Positions 14,971 through 24,191 of a stretch of 38,743 nucleotides of DNA are shown here, piece after piece. The notes under the pieces were generated by a model. The model searched no databases and was not told the DNA's origin. It was given only the letters and a program-made list of their open reading frames with translations. A program made the translations under genes and the position numbers. Source of the stretch: a virus (Duplodnaviria > Caudoviricetes); IMG/VR virus record IMGVR_UViG_3300023053_000014, positions 1 to 38,743 of that record. The stretch is one strand, 5' to 3'. Every line of letters starts with the position of its first letter. Position 1 is the first letter of the stretch.

Positions 14971-17844
14971 TTATCGAATGCCGAAAGCGAAGCCGCTCAC
15001 GCCGACGATCTGGAAGTCGGGGTAGCTGGCGGCGTCGTACCCGTGGACCTGGGGGTATCCAGGGGTTGCACGAGCGCGGACGCGGAACTGCCGCGCGCTA
15101 CCCGTCCATGCGCCGGAGGCGGACAGGGTTACGGTCTTGTCGTAGGTGTAGTAGTCGGCGTGGGTGAAGCTGTTACCGGTGCCGTCCATCACTGAGATCA
15201 GTGAGTGGTAGAGGGCGGGTTCGTAGGAGGCAATGACTGCCCAATAAGAATCCCGCAGCTCCTCCAGGATCACGTGGAGGCCGTAGATCAGGCGGTTCGC
15301 CGTTACGGTCACGGAGACCGAGGGTGTGTGGCCCTCGCCCGCCAGGACCGGCGCGCCGAGCGTCCAGGAGTGAATCTGAACCCAATCGCCCGTGGCGAGG
15401 AAGTTGTTGCCCGAGCGGTAACACAGGCTCGTCGCGCCTCCCCAGCTAATACCGGTCGCGGACTGGAACTGGCCCACGACGTTCGGGGCGTTGACCCGTC
15501 CAGCGAACTTCGCGCCGCCACCCCGGTCCACATAGAAGACGGCGTTGTTGCCGTCCTTGCCGCCTGAGCCGACCCACAGCGGGAAGTCGCCGATGTTGGA
15601 CATTTCGGCGCGGAACTCATTGGCGTTCACGACATTGCCGTTACCGTCGAGGGTGTGGGTCTTGAAGGTGCCGCCGTTGATCGTGCCTGCGTTGGCCGTG
15701 AGGGCCGACAGGTTGTTCACCCTGATCTTGTCTGCGGTGATCGTCCCGTCCACCACCAGCGCACCTTGGATGCCCACGGTGGACTGGCCGCCGACGCTGC
15801 CGATCACGAAGGGGTACTTCACGCTCGCCAAGTTGCCGCCCTGGGTGTACTGCGGGTGGACAAAGGCGAACCGGTCGGCAGAGACGATGAAGTCGCTGCC
15901 CGTCTGAGGATTGGCTGACAGGGCGATGCCAGCGACCACAGGCACGCCGTTGACGGTGCCCGCGTTGATCTTGACCGAGTAGTTCGCCTGCCACTGGCCG
16001 TACATGCCGGAATGCTCGCCCGCGACGACCGAGAAGTTCTGCTGGAGCGTGGCGAACGCGCCATCCTTGAATGCCTGCACCTGGGTGCTTGCGATGGCCT
16101 GGGCCTGTGCGGCGTCGATCTTTGTTGACTGGAGCTGCTGCACCAGCGCCCCGGTTGGGGACGCAGCGTCGATGTCGGCCTTCCTCCAGGACGAGCCATC
16201 CCACATATAAGTCAGGTATGCACCGGTCTGGCCGGTCTTCACCCAAAACGACGGCACCTTGAAGCCGCCAGTAGGGGCGGCAGGCGCGGAGGCCCCGAAG
16301 TAGGTAGGAGCCGTGGTCGTCTGGAGGGTGGTGAGTTGGGAAGCCAGCGCGCCGCGGGCGGATGCCTCGGCGGCGATCTTTGTGTCTACCGCAGCAGTGA
16401 CGTCAGATTCGGTCTTGTCGATCTCCTGCTGGATGCCTTTGCCCACGTCCGTGCCGAAGCGGGCCGCAAGGGCGGTGCGGAAGGAAGTGTTCGCCCCGGT
16501 CGCGGTGACGTTCGACTGGAGGGTCTGCTCGGTCGCGGCGATGTTCTCGCCGTGCTTCGTCACGGTAGTCTGCGTGTTCTCCAGGCTGGCCTGGGTGGCA
16601 TCGGCCTTCTGCCGCAGCGCGGTGACCGTCTCGGCCATGTTGCCTTGCCATTGCGCCGTGGTGGTCCGTAGGGCCTCTACGGAAGATCCTGTCTGGTCAA
16701 CGCGGGTGTTGACCTTAGTGATGTCGGCGGCGAGGTCCTTGCCCACCTGAGCGAGCTGCCCGGAGACGCGGGTCACGTCGGCGTTCGTCGCATCGACGCG
16801 GCCGTTGACCTCGTTGATCTCTTGGGCGAAGTTGCCCTCGACCTGCGCCAGCTTGTTGTCAACCGAGGTGAACGATGCCGACGTCTTGTCAGCCTGAGCC
16901 TGGAGCTTCTGCTCGATCTGCGCTCGGTTCTCGCCCATCTGGACACCCAGCAGGCGGGCCGATTCCGAGATAGCTTCATCGGTAGTGGCCTTGACCAAGT
17001 CAATCCGCTGGTTGAGCGCGGCGGAGACGGCACTGTCGCCATTGCCGATCTGCGCGTGCAGCTCGGTGGTCGCCGTGACGATGGCCTTGTTCGCGTCAGC
17101 GATGGCCTCGTTGACTTCCAAGAAGCGAGCGGCGTTATCCACGCCTGCCTGCTTAAAGCGGGCGAACAGTTCCGTGGTCTCGCGGGCGATGACCTGCGCG
17201 GCCTCCTCCACCAGCTCGATGCGGGTGTAAGCGGTACTGATCTTGTCGCCGTAGTCGCGCTTCACGTCGTGGAAGTCGCGCCGGGTCTCGAAGTATTCGA
17301 GGTCGATCCGGTTGGCCTCATGGGCACGGAGGATTTCCTCCAGGACCACCTCGGCGTTCATATCAATCAGGTCGATGCGGGTCAGGAGGTCCTGGAGTGC
17401 AGGGGACCGCATGACGCCGTCGATGATGACGTTGATGTCGGGATTGCCGGTGCCGGGGCCTCCGCCATTACCGCCGCCGCCGTTGCCCCCGGTGCCGAAT
17501 TCGGCGGATTCCTGGTGGGCGTAAAGCAGTTGGCGGATGGACTTGTTGAGGTCTCGTGCCGGAAGGTTCGCGCCATCCTTGTAGGAGATCAGCGGGGAAC
17601 CGATGGGGGTGAATCGACGCAGCAGGACAACGAAAGGTGCGTCCAGGATTCCGTCCTGGGACGGCAGCTCTACGGTGGTTGCGTCAAGCCAGGTCATCGA
17701 GACCTGACGTTCAGCGTCCTCCTTCCCCACGAACGCGCGCACGTGGTCGCGGTCAATGAAGGGGAACGGGACGTTCAGCCGGAGCGCGTCGCCAGGTCCG
17801 ATCTCGAACCGGACGAACGACAGTCCGCGTGCTTGCTCTTGCAT
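14971..17844 (-). CDS. Tail protein: T7 gp17-like N-terminal adaptor, coiled coil, lambda J-like (DUF1983-like) region
   Basis: VPFPFIDRDHV...RRFTP...L.ARDLN N-terminus; YSVKI...AGIAL...FIVSADRFAF...PFVI...DGTITADKI; start at MQEQ after GAGGA SD. Confidence 0.8.
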   Translation of the reverse strand: MQEQARGLSFVRFEIGPGDALRLNVPFPFIDRDHVRAFVGKEDAERQVSMTWLDATTVELPSQDGILDAPFVVLLRRFTPIGSPLISYKDGANLPARDLNKSIRQLLYAHQESAEFGTGGNGGGGNGGGPGTGNPDINVIIDGVMRSPALQDLLTRIDLIDMNAEVVLEEILRAHEANRIDLEYFETRRDFHDVKRDYGDKISTAYTRIELVEEAAQVIARETTELFARFKQAGVDNAARFLEVNEAIADANKAIVTATTELHAQIGNGDSAVSAALNQRIDLVKATTDEAISESARLLGVQMGENRAQIEQKLQAQADKTSASFTSVDNKLAQVEGNFAQEINEVNGRVDATNADVTRVSGQLAQVGKDLAADITKVNTRVDQTGSSVEALRTTTAQWQGNMAETVTALRQKADATQASLENTQTTVTKHGENIAATEQTLQSNVTATGANTSFRTALAARFGTDVGKGIQQEIDKTESDVTAAVDTKIAAEASARGALASQLTTLQTTTAPTYFGASAPAAPTGGFKVPSFWVKTGQTGAYLTYMWDGSSWRKADIDAASPTGALVQQLQSTKIDAAQAQAIASTQVQAFKDGAFATLQQNFSVVAGEHSGMYGQWQANYSVKINAGTVNGVPVVAGIALSANPQTGSDFIVSADRFAFVHPQYTQGGNLASVKYPFVIGSVGGQSTVGIQGALVVDGTITADKIRVNNLSALTANAGTINGGTFKTHTLDGNGNVVNANEFRAEMSNIGDFPLWVGSGGKDGNNAVFYVDRGGGAKFAGRVNAPNVVGQFQSATGISWGGATSLCYRSGNNFLATGDWVQIHSWTLGAPVLAGEGHTPSVSVTVTANRLIYGLHVILEELRDSYWAVIASYEPALYHSLISVMDGTGNSFTHADYYTYDKTVTLSASGAWTGSARQFRVRARATPGYPQVHGYDAASYPDFQIVGVSGFAFGIR

Positions 17845-17855
17845 CGAATCCTCAG

Positions 17856-17884
17856 AAAAGGGCGAGGCCCCTTTCGGGGCCTCG
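17856..17884 (-). terminator. Terminator-like hairpin upstream of the tail protein RBS
   Basis: Minus strand CGAGGCCCC-GAAA-GGGGCCTCG then CCCTTTT. Confidence 0.6.
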
Positions 17885-17891
17885 GGTGGTG

Positions 17892-20800
17892 TTACTTGTC
17901 GGTGCCGTCCTTGCGGTCGGGGAAGTTCTCCCTGATCGCGTAGTCGGCGAGGTTGCGTGCGCCTGTCATGTTGTTGAAGGCCCAAATCTTCCAGAAGTCC
18001 TGCATCTGCTTCTCCGTGATCTGCTCGTCGTCCTTGATGGCAGCACCGATCATTCGGCTGGAGCCGTAGACGCGGTTTGCCAGGTCGAGCGTGGGGATGC
18101 CCATGATTCCGTTAGACAAGCCGGTCGAACGGTTGTTGGAGAAAATCGGGTCGTTGCCGAGCGTGTCGGCCCACACGAAGTCGGTGATCGACGGGATCGC
18201 CGTTGACCAGCTCGATTGGGCGATGCTGTTCTTGTAGAAGTTGGCGGTGGTGAGCTGCTTCTTACGCTGCTCCTCGTTGCCGATGGTGTTGATGTACGTG
18301 CGCGCTGCCCAGCCCATACCAGCCGCCGAGGCCGACAGCGTGACCATCATGTAGGTTCGCCAGTCGTCGTAGTGGTGGAATGAGTTGAGGAAGTGTCGCG
18401 TGTAGCTGTTGACCATGAAGCTGCGGAACTGCGTGACCAAGCGCCCTACGGTCGAGTGCATCAGCTCGATGGAGTCAGATGCGTCGCCTTCGAGAAATTG
18501 ATGGCGCGAGACGCGGAACAGGAACGCAGCCATGCGCTCCCTGGTCTCGAACGAGACCGCATTCGGGTCGATCTGGTCGATCTTGCGCTTGCCTTTGAGG
18601 TAGCCGAACAGGTCGGCCTGTGCCTTCTCGTCGAGACCCCAGGACCGCAGACGTGCCACCTCGGCGGTACTCAGCTTCTTGGCGTTCGCCATATCAAGCA
18701 TCCGCAGCATCGTGGCCCGTCCAGCGATTCGCTGGAGCATGGTGTTCACGGGAGCCATCCCTGACATCACCGAGGTGACATGGGAGGCACCGTTAAGTGC
18801 GTTGTCGAAGCCGACCCCGAACCGGTTGTTACCGAACGTTGGAGGAGCGAGGGCGTCGTCGTCCATCCGCATGAAGGGAGGGTTGCGCAGCCAGTCGGTG
18901 CCGGGTGCGAACAGCGACTCCATCACGCGGGCCTCTTTCGAGGTGAGCTTCCCGTCCGCACCGCGGATCAGGAATTCCTTGGCCGCCAGCGTGGAGTCAA
19001 CGAAGTTCCGCACGCCTGCGTGGGCGATGGTGGGGCCGAGTTCCGCGAACAGCGAGAAGCCGACCTGGTTCATCACGCGGGAGAAGTTCCAGTTGCGGAG
19101 GGCACGCGCATAGCGCGACCCCTTGGACGCCGGATCGAGTTCAGTGGATCGGCCGAAGGTGGATTTGATGCCGATGTCCACCATTCGCTCCAGGTCCTTC
19201 ACGTCATCCCCGGCGCGCTTGGCGTCGAGCTTGAGGTTGGACTGGAAGCGGTCGAGCTGTGCCCGATTGCGGACGTTGAGCTTCGACGACAGGGCGGACC
19301 AGCCGGTCACCTCGCGGAGATACCGGGCCATGACCGACTCGACGTCATTGTCGAAAAGGTCGCTCATCTTCACCTGGATAGTCTCGCCTGCCTCGTTGGT
19401 CAACGTGGTGGAGAAGTTCTCGTCTAGGTCGATTCGCTGCTTCGCGCGGGCGAGCTTGCTAGCCTCGTAGGTCTTGCGTTCGAGGTTGCCCATGATTTCC
19501 TGCATCCGGACAGGCGCGACACCAGCTTCCGCCAGCATCTTCTCGATCTCTTCGACCGAGTCGGAATCGAGGGGTCGCACCAGCAGTGCCCCACCGTCCC
19601 CCTCGAAGTTCGCCTGAGCGCGCTTGAGGTAGCTATTGGAAACTGCGGACAGCAGCTCATCGTCGATCTCATCGCCCTCGTCAGCGAGGGCCGCCCATGC
19701 CTTGCGCATGGCGGGCTTGACCAGCCCGTCGCGGACCTGATCGAACGTCAGGCCCTTCTCGCCGAAGAGGGATTGAAAGCCCTTCTCGCTCCAGTAGCGC
19801 GGCAGGTAGTTGGGATTGTTCCGGATGTTGTCGAAGCCGTCGAGGCCGGATTCCTGCGCGAGCTTGAGCGCGTCGCGCATCGTCTGGCGGACGCCTTGGG
19901 CGGCCTTGATGGCCTCGGGGGAGACGTCGGTGTCGCCACGGACCGCACGTCCGATCTCCTCGTTGAACTGACGGCGAGCGCCGTAGTTCCACCAATGAGT
20001 GCCGGTGCGGTCCTTGAAGTCCGCCCATGCCGCGTTGGAGGTGCCGCGCCATTCGGTCTCCAGGGTGCCGAGGTGGCGCTTGGAGAACTCGGTGGCAGAT
20101 TCCTGCACGGCGATGGAGCGATCGGTGTAGCCGACGCCGTCGCGGAACAGGCCGCGGCCCGCCTCGCGGACCAGCGTGGACTTGGCCTTACCCATGCGCG
20201 CCGCCAGGTCGCGGCGGATGTTGGCGTAGGCAGGGGTGATGTGCGCGTTGGTGAGCGCTTTGTCAGCGAACTCTACCTCGCGGTCGGTTCCCTCGCGGAG
20301 CGGGGAGATACCGGGGGTGCGGTCTTCCGGGAGGTTGGGGACGCGGGCGGCGGATAGAGAGTCCTTGCCGAAGGTGCCGGTTGCCAGCTCCTTAACACGG
20401 GCTGGATCGACGTCTCCGTCATACAGCGCACCTCGCCGCGCACCCAGCGCACCAGCGAACGCGAAGGACGTAGCGGCGTTGAGCGCCAGGTCTTCGAGGT
20501 GCTGGGACGGGTCGTACTGCATGGATGCGCCTTGGACCACCGTGGTGACGGCTGCTGCCTGGAGACCGGAGCGGGCCATGTTGGCGATGCGTCCCGCCTT
20601 GGCGGCATAGCCGAGACCACCTGACGCAAGGTCGATACCGGTGGCGACAGGGTCAGTGAGGCCGAGGGCGATGTTGCCACCGAGGCCAAACTGCGCCAGG
20701 TCTTCGTCCGCCATCTGGTTCTGGAAGGCGATGCTCTCCAGATAGCTCAGATGCTCGTCGGAGGTAGCCTTGCCGAACAGCTCCCACTGCTCGGGACGAA

Positions 20801-21068
20801 GGCCCAAGGTCTCCCAGCGTTTCCGCGCATCGTTGGGGATGCGGTAGTCCGGGGTCGGCTCGAAGCCGAGGGAGGTAACGAAACGGTCGATGAAGCCGAT
20901 GCCGCCTTTGACCTGCGCGGCACCGATACCATCCCACACGGTTGTCTGGTCCTTCCGGCGCTGCGCCTCCTCTCGGGCTGCTTTGTTCTCGCGGACGGCG
21001 TCCACGGCGGACTGTTGGCGCACAGGCGCGAGCTTGGTCTCGTCAGCGCCAGGAAGGTTCTCGAACAT
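17892..21068 (-). CDS. Internal virion (ejection) protein, gp16-like
   Basis: 1058 aa from MFENL (GAGGA SD); position; QFRSF motif near the C-terminus. Confidence 0.75.
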   Translation of the reverse strand: MFENLPGADETKLAPVRQQSAVDAVRENKAAREEAQRRKDQTTVWDGIGAAQVKGGIGFIDRFVTSLGFEPTPDYRIPNDARKRWETLGLRPEQWELFGKATSDEHLSYLESIAFQNQMADEDLAQFGLGGNIALGLTDPVATGIDLASGGLGYAAKAGRIANMARSGLQAAAVTTVVQGASMQYDPSQHLEDLALNAATSFAFAGALGARRGALYDGDVDPARVKELATGTFGKDSLSAARVPNLPEDRTPGISPLREGTDREVEFADKALTNAHITPAYANIRRDLAARMGKAKSTLVREAGRGLFRDGVGYTDRSIAVQESATEFSKRHLGTLETEWRGTSNAAWADFKDRTGTHWWNYGARRQFNEEIGRAVRGDTDVSPEAIKAAQGVRQTMRDALKLAQESGLDGFDNIRNNPNYLPRYWSEKGFQSLFGEKGLTFDQVRDGLVKPAMRKAWAALADEGDEIDDELLSAVSNSYLKRAQANFEGDGGALLVRPLDSDSVEEIEKMLAEAGVAPVRMQEIMGNLERKTYEASKLARAKQRIDLDENFSTTLTNEAGETIQVKMSDLFDNDVESVMARYLREVTGWSALSSKLNVRNRAQLDRFQSNLKLDAKRAGDDVKDLERMVDIGIKSTFGRSTELDPASKGSRYARALRNWNFSRVMNQVGFSLFAELGPTIAHAGVRNFVDSTLAAKEFLIRGADGKLTSKEARVMESLFAPGTDWLRNPPFMRMDDDALAPPTFGNNRFGVGFDNALNGASHVTSVMSGMAPVNTMLQRIAGRATMLRMLDMANAKKLSTAEVARLRSWGLDEKAQADLFGYLKGKRKIDQIDPNAVSFETRERMAAFLFRVSRHQFLEGDASDSIELMHSTVGRLVTQFRSFMVNSYTRHFLNSFHHYDDWRTYMMVTLSASAAGMGWAARTYINTIGNEEQRKKQLTTANFYKNSIAQSSWSTAIPSITDFVWADTLGNDPIFSNNRSTGLSNGIMGIPTLDLANRVYGSSRMIGAAIKDDEQITEKQMQDFWKIWAFNNMTGARNLADYAIRENFPDRKDGTDK

Positions 21069-21073
21069 GCGGG

Positions 21074-23287
21074 TTATTTCCTCGTCAGGTACTCCAGGAA
21101 GTCCTCGGGGACTGCTGGGGTTGCGTTGGTAGGGGCGGGGGTTCCGAGCGTCTTGCTCAGGTCGTCCAGCGCGGGGGCTTTCCACAGCGGCTTCTGTTGC
21201 TCTACTGCGGCCGCGGGGAGGCCCGGTCGGGCGATCACGGCGGGCACTGGCTGGTCGCTGCTGGTGGAGCGCTGCTGGCGCAGACGGCGGGCGGTGTTAG
21301 CGAAGGAGCCTGCCTCCGCCGCCTGGCGTTGCTCGACGGCGTGCCGAGCGCGGTATTCGGCCAGGTCACCCTCCCAGCGCTTGTGCCCGGAGGCGATCAT
21401 TGCCGGGGAGAACCCGATGGCACGCTTGGTGTCCGGATCGGTCAGCGGGTAGCCATCCTTGCCGACCACCTGCCACTGAGCGGGGTTACGCGGATTCGGG
21501 ACAACGCGGAGGTCGTCTACGTCCAGGTCCAGCTTCTTCGCAACGCTGCCCAGCAGCACCTCGGTCGCCTTCTCGGCACCCTTGGGCATACCGATGTTCG
21601 GAACGCGAGCGTTGTTGACCACCGTGTGCTGCGAGTCGAGGCGACCCACTGCGGCACGGATGGCGTCCTCGCCGGTCACGCCCGAGTTCATTGCAGCGAA
21701 TCGTTCGGCCTCCTCGCGGATGCGAAGGATTTCTCGGGGGTTGCGCTGGTGACCATCGGCGGTCTCTAGGTACTCCTTGATCTTGTCCTTCCAGGCGTCG
21801 CTGACAACCTGGCGGGCTTCCTCTGCCTGGCGCTTGCCCTGACCGAAGGTCTGGACCGATTGCTCGAACGACAGGCCGATGTCCCGTGTGTTCCGGTAGT
21901 GGGCTTCCAGGATTCCAGCAGAGTCGCCCGAAGCGACGCGAGAGGCGTACACCGGGTCGAACGTGCGGAGCTGCGAGTACAGCGTGGTCGCAGCCTCGAA
22001 CGCTTGCTTGTTGCTCGGAGTGGCGCGGTCGAGAATCGCGGAGAGCTGCGGGATAGGCACGCCGAGGTTGGCGTACTTGCGGATCAGCGCCCCGCGTTGT
22101 GCTTGCGGGGTCGCGTCCCATTCCTTGCCTGCGGCCTTCCGAATCTCCGAGTCGGAGAACGAGTAGGCATTGCCGCTTGCGATAGCCGCGCGGAGGGCTG
22201 CGTCCTTGTTGCGCTCCTTCGCCTCGGACTCCCAGCGGCGGAGCGTCTGCTCCTGCTGGGTGTTCCAATGACGCCGGAACTGCATCAGCTCGCCGCCTGA
22301 CAGCCCGAACTTCTCGGCGTACCCGTCGATGGCTTTGTGCGTCAGGCGGCCCTTGTCCGCGAGGTCCTGGAGGGACCACTCGGCCTCGGCCATTGCCTGG
22401 TCGCGGGCTTCGTCCTGGCGCTTCTTGATGACGGTTGCGCCAGCGGCGGCTGCGCGTTGTAGGTCATCCTGATACTTGGGGCTGTTCATCAGGCCCGGAG
22501 AGCCGTCGTCACGCGGCTTCTCGAAGAAGCCCACGATGTCGGCCGGGTCGCGTTCGCCGGACGCAAGCAGGTCCACGGCGGCGCGAGCCACAATGGCATC
22601 CACGTCGTCGCGGTTGAGGTAGGCGAACTCTTCGGAGTCGAGGTTCTGGTACAGGGCCTTCATGCCGCCCTCTGCCAGCAGGGAGCCGTCCTTCATGCCC
22701 TCGCGGGCAATGACGGTCAGCGACTCCTCCTGGCGGGCAAAGGTCTCCTTAACGGAATCCTCGGTCCACTTGAGGCGGACAGCATCGGCCGCACGGCCCA
22801 CCGCAGGAAGCAGGGCTTGCTTGACCTGGGGGTCTTGGAACTCGGGCGCAGCCAGCAGCTCGCCCAAGGAGGCGCGGAGGGTAGGCTCGATGTCGGAACC
22901 CGGCTCGGCCTTGGCGAGCTGCTTACTCGCCTCGACCTGCCAGTCGCGGATGCGCAGCGCACCATCAGTCTTGAGGTATCCGCGCCGCCAGGGTTCGGAC
23001 TGAGCGGCCAAGGCCTCCGCCGCTTGGCGAGGGGTTCCAGCCAGGTCTTCTTCCATGCGAGCCGACTGGCCCGCCGTGGTGTCTTCCTTGGCCTTCTTCT
23101 GCGCGCCGAGCGCGGCTTGGCGGCCAGCCATATTGGCTACCCGTCCGAGGACGGCCGCGGCGGTGCCGGTGAGCGCACCAGCACCACGTGCTACGCCAAG
23201 GTCCGTCTGGACGGCAAGCGCGGGTGCTTCGCTGTTACGCCCGACGACGTCGGTGCGCCGGGTGATCTGTGAGCGGCCACGGGCCAT
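21074..23287 (-). CDS. Internal virion protein, gp15-like
   Basis: 737 aa, helical, position in the T7-like module. Confidence 0.7.
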   Translation of the reverse strand: MARGRSQITRRTDVVGRNSEAPALAVQTDLGVARGAGALTGTAAAVLGRVANMAGRQAALGAQKKAKEDTTAGQSARMEEDLAGTPRQAAEALAAQSEPWRRGYLKTDGALRIRDWQVEASKQLAKAEPGSDIEPTLRASLGELLAAPEFQDPQVKQALLPAVGRAADAVRLKWTEDSVKETFARQEESLTVIAREGMKDGSLLAEGGMKALYQNLDSEEFAYLNRDDVDAIVARAAVDLLASGERDPADIVGFFEKPRDDGSPGLMNSPKYQDDLQRAAAAGATVIKKRQDEARDQAMAEAEWSLQDLADKGRLTHKAIDGYAEKFGLSGGELMQFRRHWNTQQEQTLRRWESEAKERNKDAALRAAIASGNAYSFSDSEIRKAAGKEWDATPQAQRGALIRKYANLGVPIPQLSAILDRATPSNKQAFEAATTLYSQLRTFDPVYASRVASGDSAGILEAHYRNTRDIGLSFEQSVQTFGQGKRQAEEARQVVSDAWKDKIKEYLETADGHQRNPREILRIREEAERFAAMNSGVTGEDAIRAAVGRLDSQHTVVNNARVPNIGMPKGAEKATEVLLGSVAKKLDLDVDDLRVVPNPRNPAQWQVVGKDGYPLTDPDTKRAIGFSPAMIASGHKRWEGDLAEYRARHAVEQRQAAEAGSFANTARRLRQQRSTSSDQPVPAVIARPGLPAAAVEQQKPLWKAPALDDLSKTLGTPAPTNATPAVPEDFLEYLTRK

Positions 23288-23289
23288 GC

Positions 23290-23736
23290 TTAATCTCCGT
23301 CAGGGATGGATAGGCGCTTGTAGTCGGCGATGTTCCCGTAGGCGCTCATGCCTGCCTGGGCGACACCGCCAAGGGCCTCGGCGTTATTGGATCGGACGCG
23401 CGCACGGCTCTCCTCGCCAGAGGCGATGATTCCGTTGCGGCGGTTCTTGTCGATGAGGGCGATGTCACGGCCAGCCTGGCCCATGATGTCGTTTGCGATG
23501 ATCGAGACCGAGTTGCCTGACACGGCGGACTCGGCAGCAGCGGCGCGGAAGGAAGCGCGCATGGCGCGTGCTTCTTCCATGCGAGCTTGCGTCTTCTCGG
23601 CAGCAGCATCATTGACCTGATCCTGCTGTCGCTGGGCCAGCTCCTCGGTGGCCTTGTTGTTCTGGTTGGTCTGGTACATGGTCGTCATCGCGCCGACAGC
23701 GGCGATGCCGATCTGCACGGCTACCGGGTTACACAT
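23290..23736 (-). CDS. Internal virion protein, gp14-like
   Basis: MCNPVAVQIGIAAVG N-terminus (MC.P pattern), Ala/Gln-rich. Confidence 0.75.
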   Translation of the reverse strand: MCNPVAVQIGIAAVGAMTTMYQTNQNNKATEELAQRQQDQVNDAAAEKTQARMEEARAMRASFRAAAAESAVSGNSVSIIANDIMGQAGRDIALIDKNRRNGIIASGEESRARVRSNNAEALGGVAQAGMSAYGNIADYKRLSIPDGD

Positions 23737-24191
23737 GCGTGTTTCTCCACGAGGACGAACGGCACCTTGGCGGCACCGAACTCGTCGAACGTGCAGACCT
23801 CGCGGAACCCCAGCCAGCGGAGCCAGCGCAGGGTCGTCGCAGCCTGCGCATCGACGAAGTTGAAGAGGAAGGTGAACTTGCCCGCCCACCGGTCGGTGAT
23901 GCGCAGCGTCTCCCTGAGAAAGACACGGCGGGACTTGGCGGATACCAGGTGGTCGGTGCCCAGCAGCCACACACCGGCAGCGCCGTCGAAACGGGCGTAC
24001 CCGAAGATACACAGCACGACGCCGTCGTGGACCGCCGCGTAGCAGCGGTCGCTCTCGGTGATGGCGTATACGAGCGCCTGGAGAGGGGTGTGCCCATGCG
24101 ACGCCGCCACCTCCAGGACGTCGTCCTGTCGCATATGGTCAGCGACGAAGGCGATGTCGTCGGAAGTGGGGCGTCGATAGGTCAGGGTCAT
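23721..24191 (-). CDS. gp13-like protein (GNAT-like fold)
   Basis: MRQDDVLEV, VWLLGT, NFVD...LRWLRWLGF motifs; follows tail tubular B. Confidence 0.75.
   Translation of the reverse strand: MTLTYRRPTSDDIAFVADHMRQDDVLEVAASHGHTPLQALVYAITESDRCYAAVHDGVVLCIFGYARFDGAAGVWLLGTDHLVSAKSRRVFLRETLRITDRWAGKFTFLFNFVDAQAATTLRWLRWLGFREVCTFDEFGAAKVPFVLVEKHACVTR

Noticed and set aside
10781-15600. Diversity-generating retroelement or invertible tail-fiber cassette
   Set aside because: No reverse transcriptase, invertase or TR/VR duplication seen in the window
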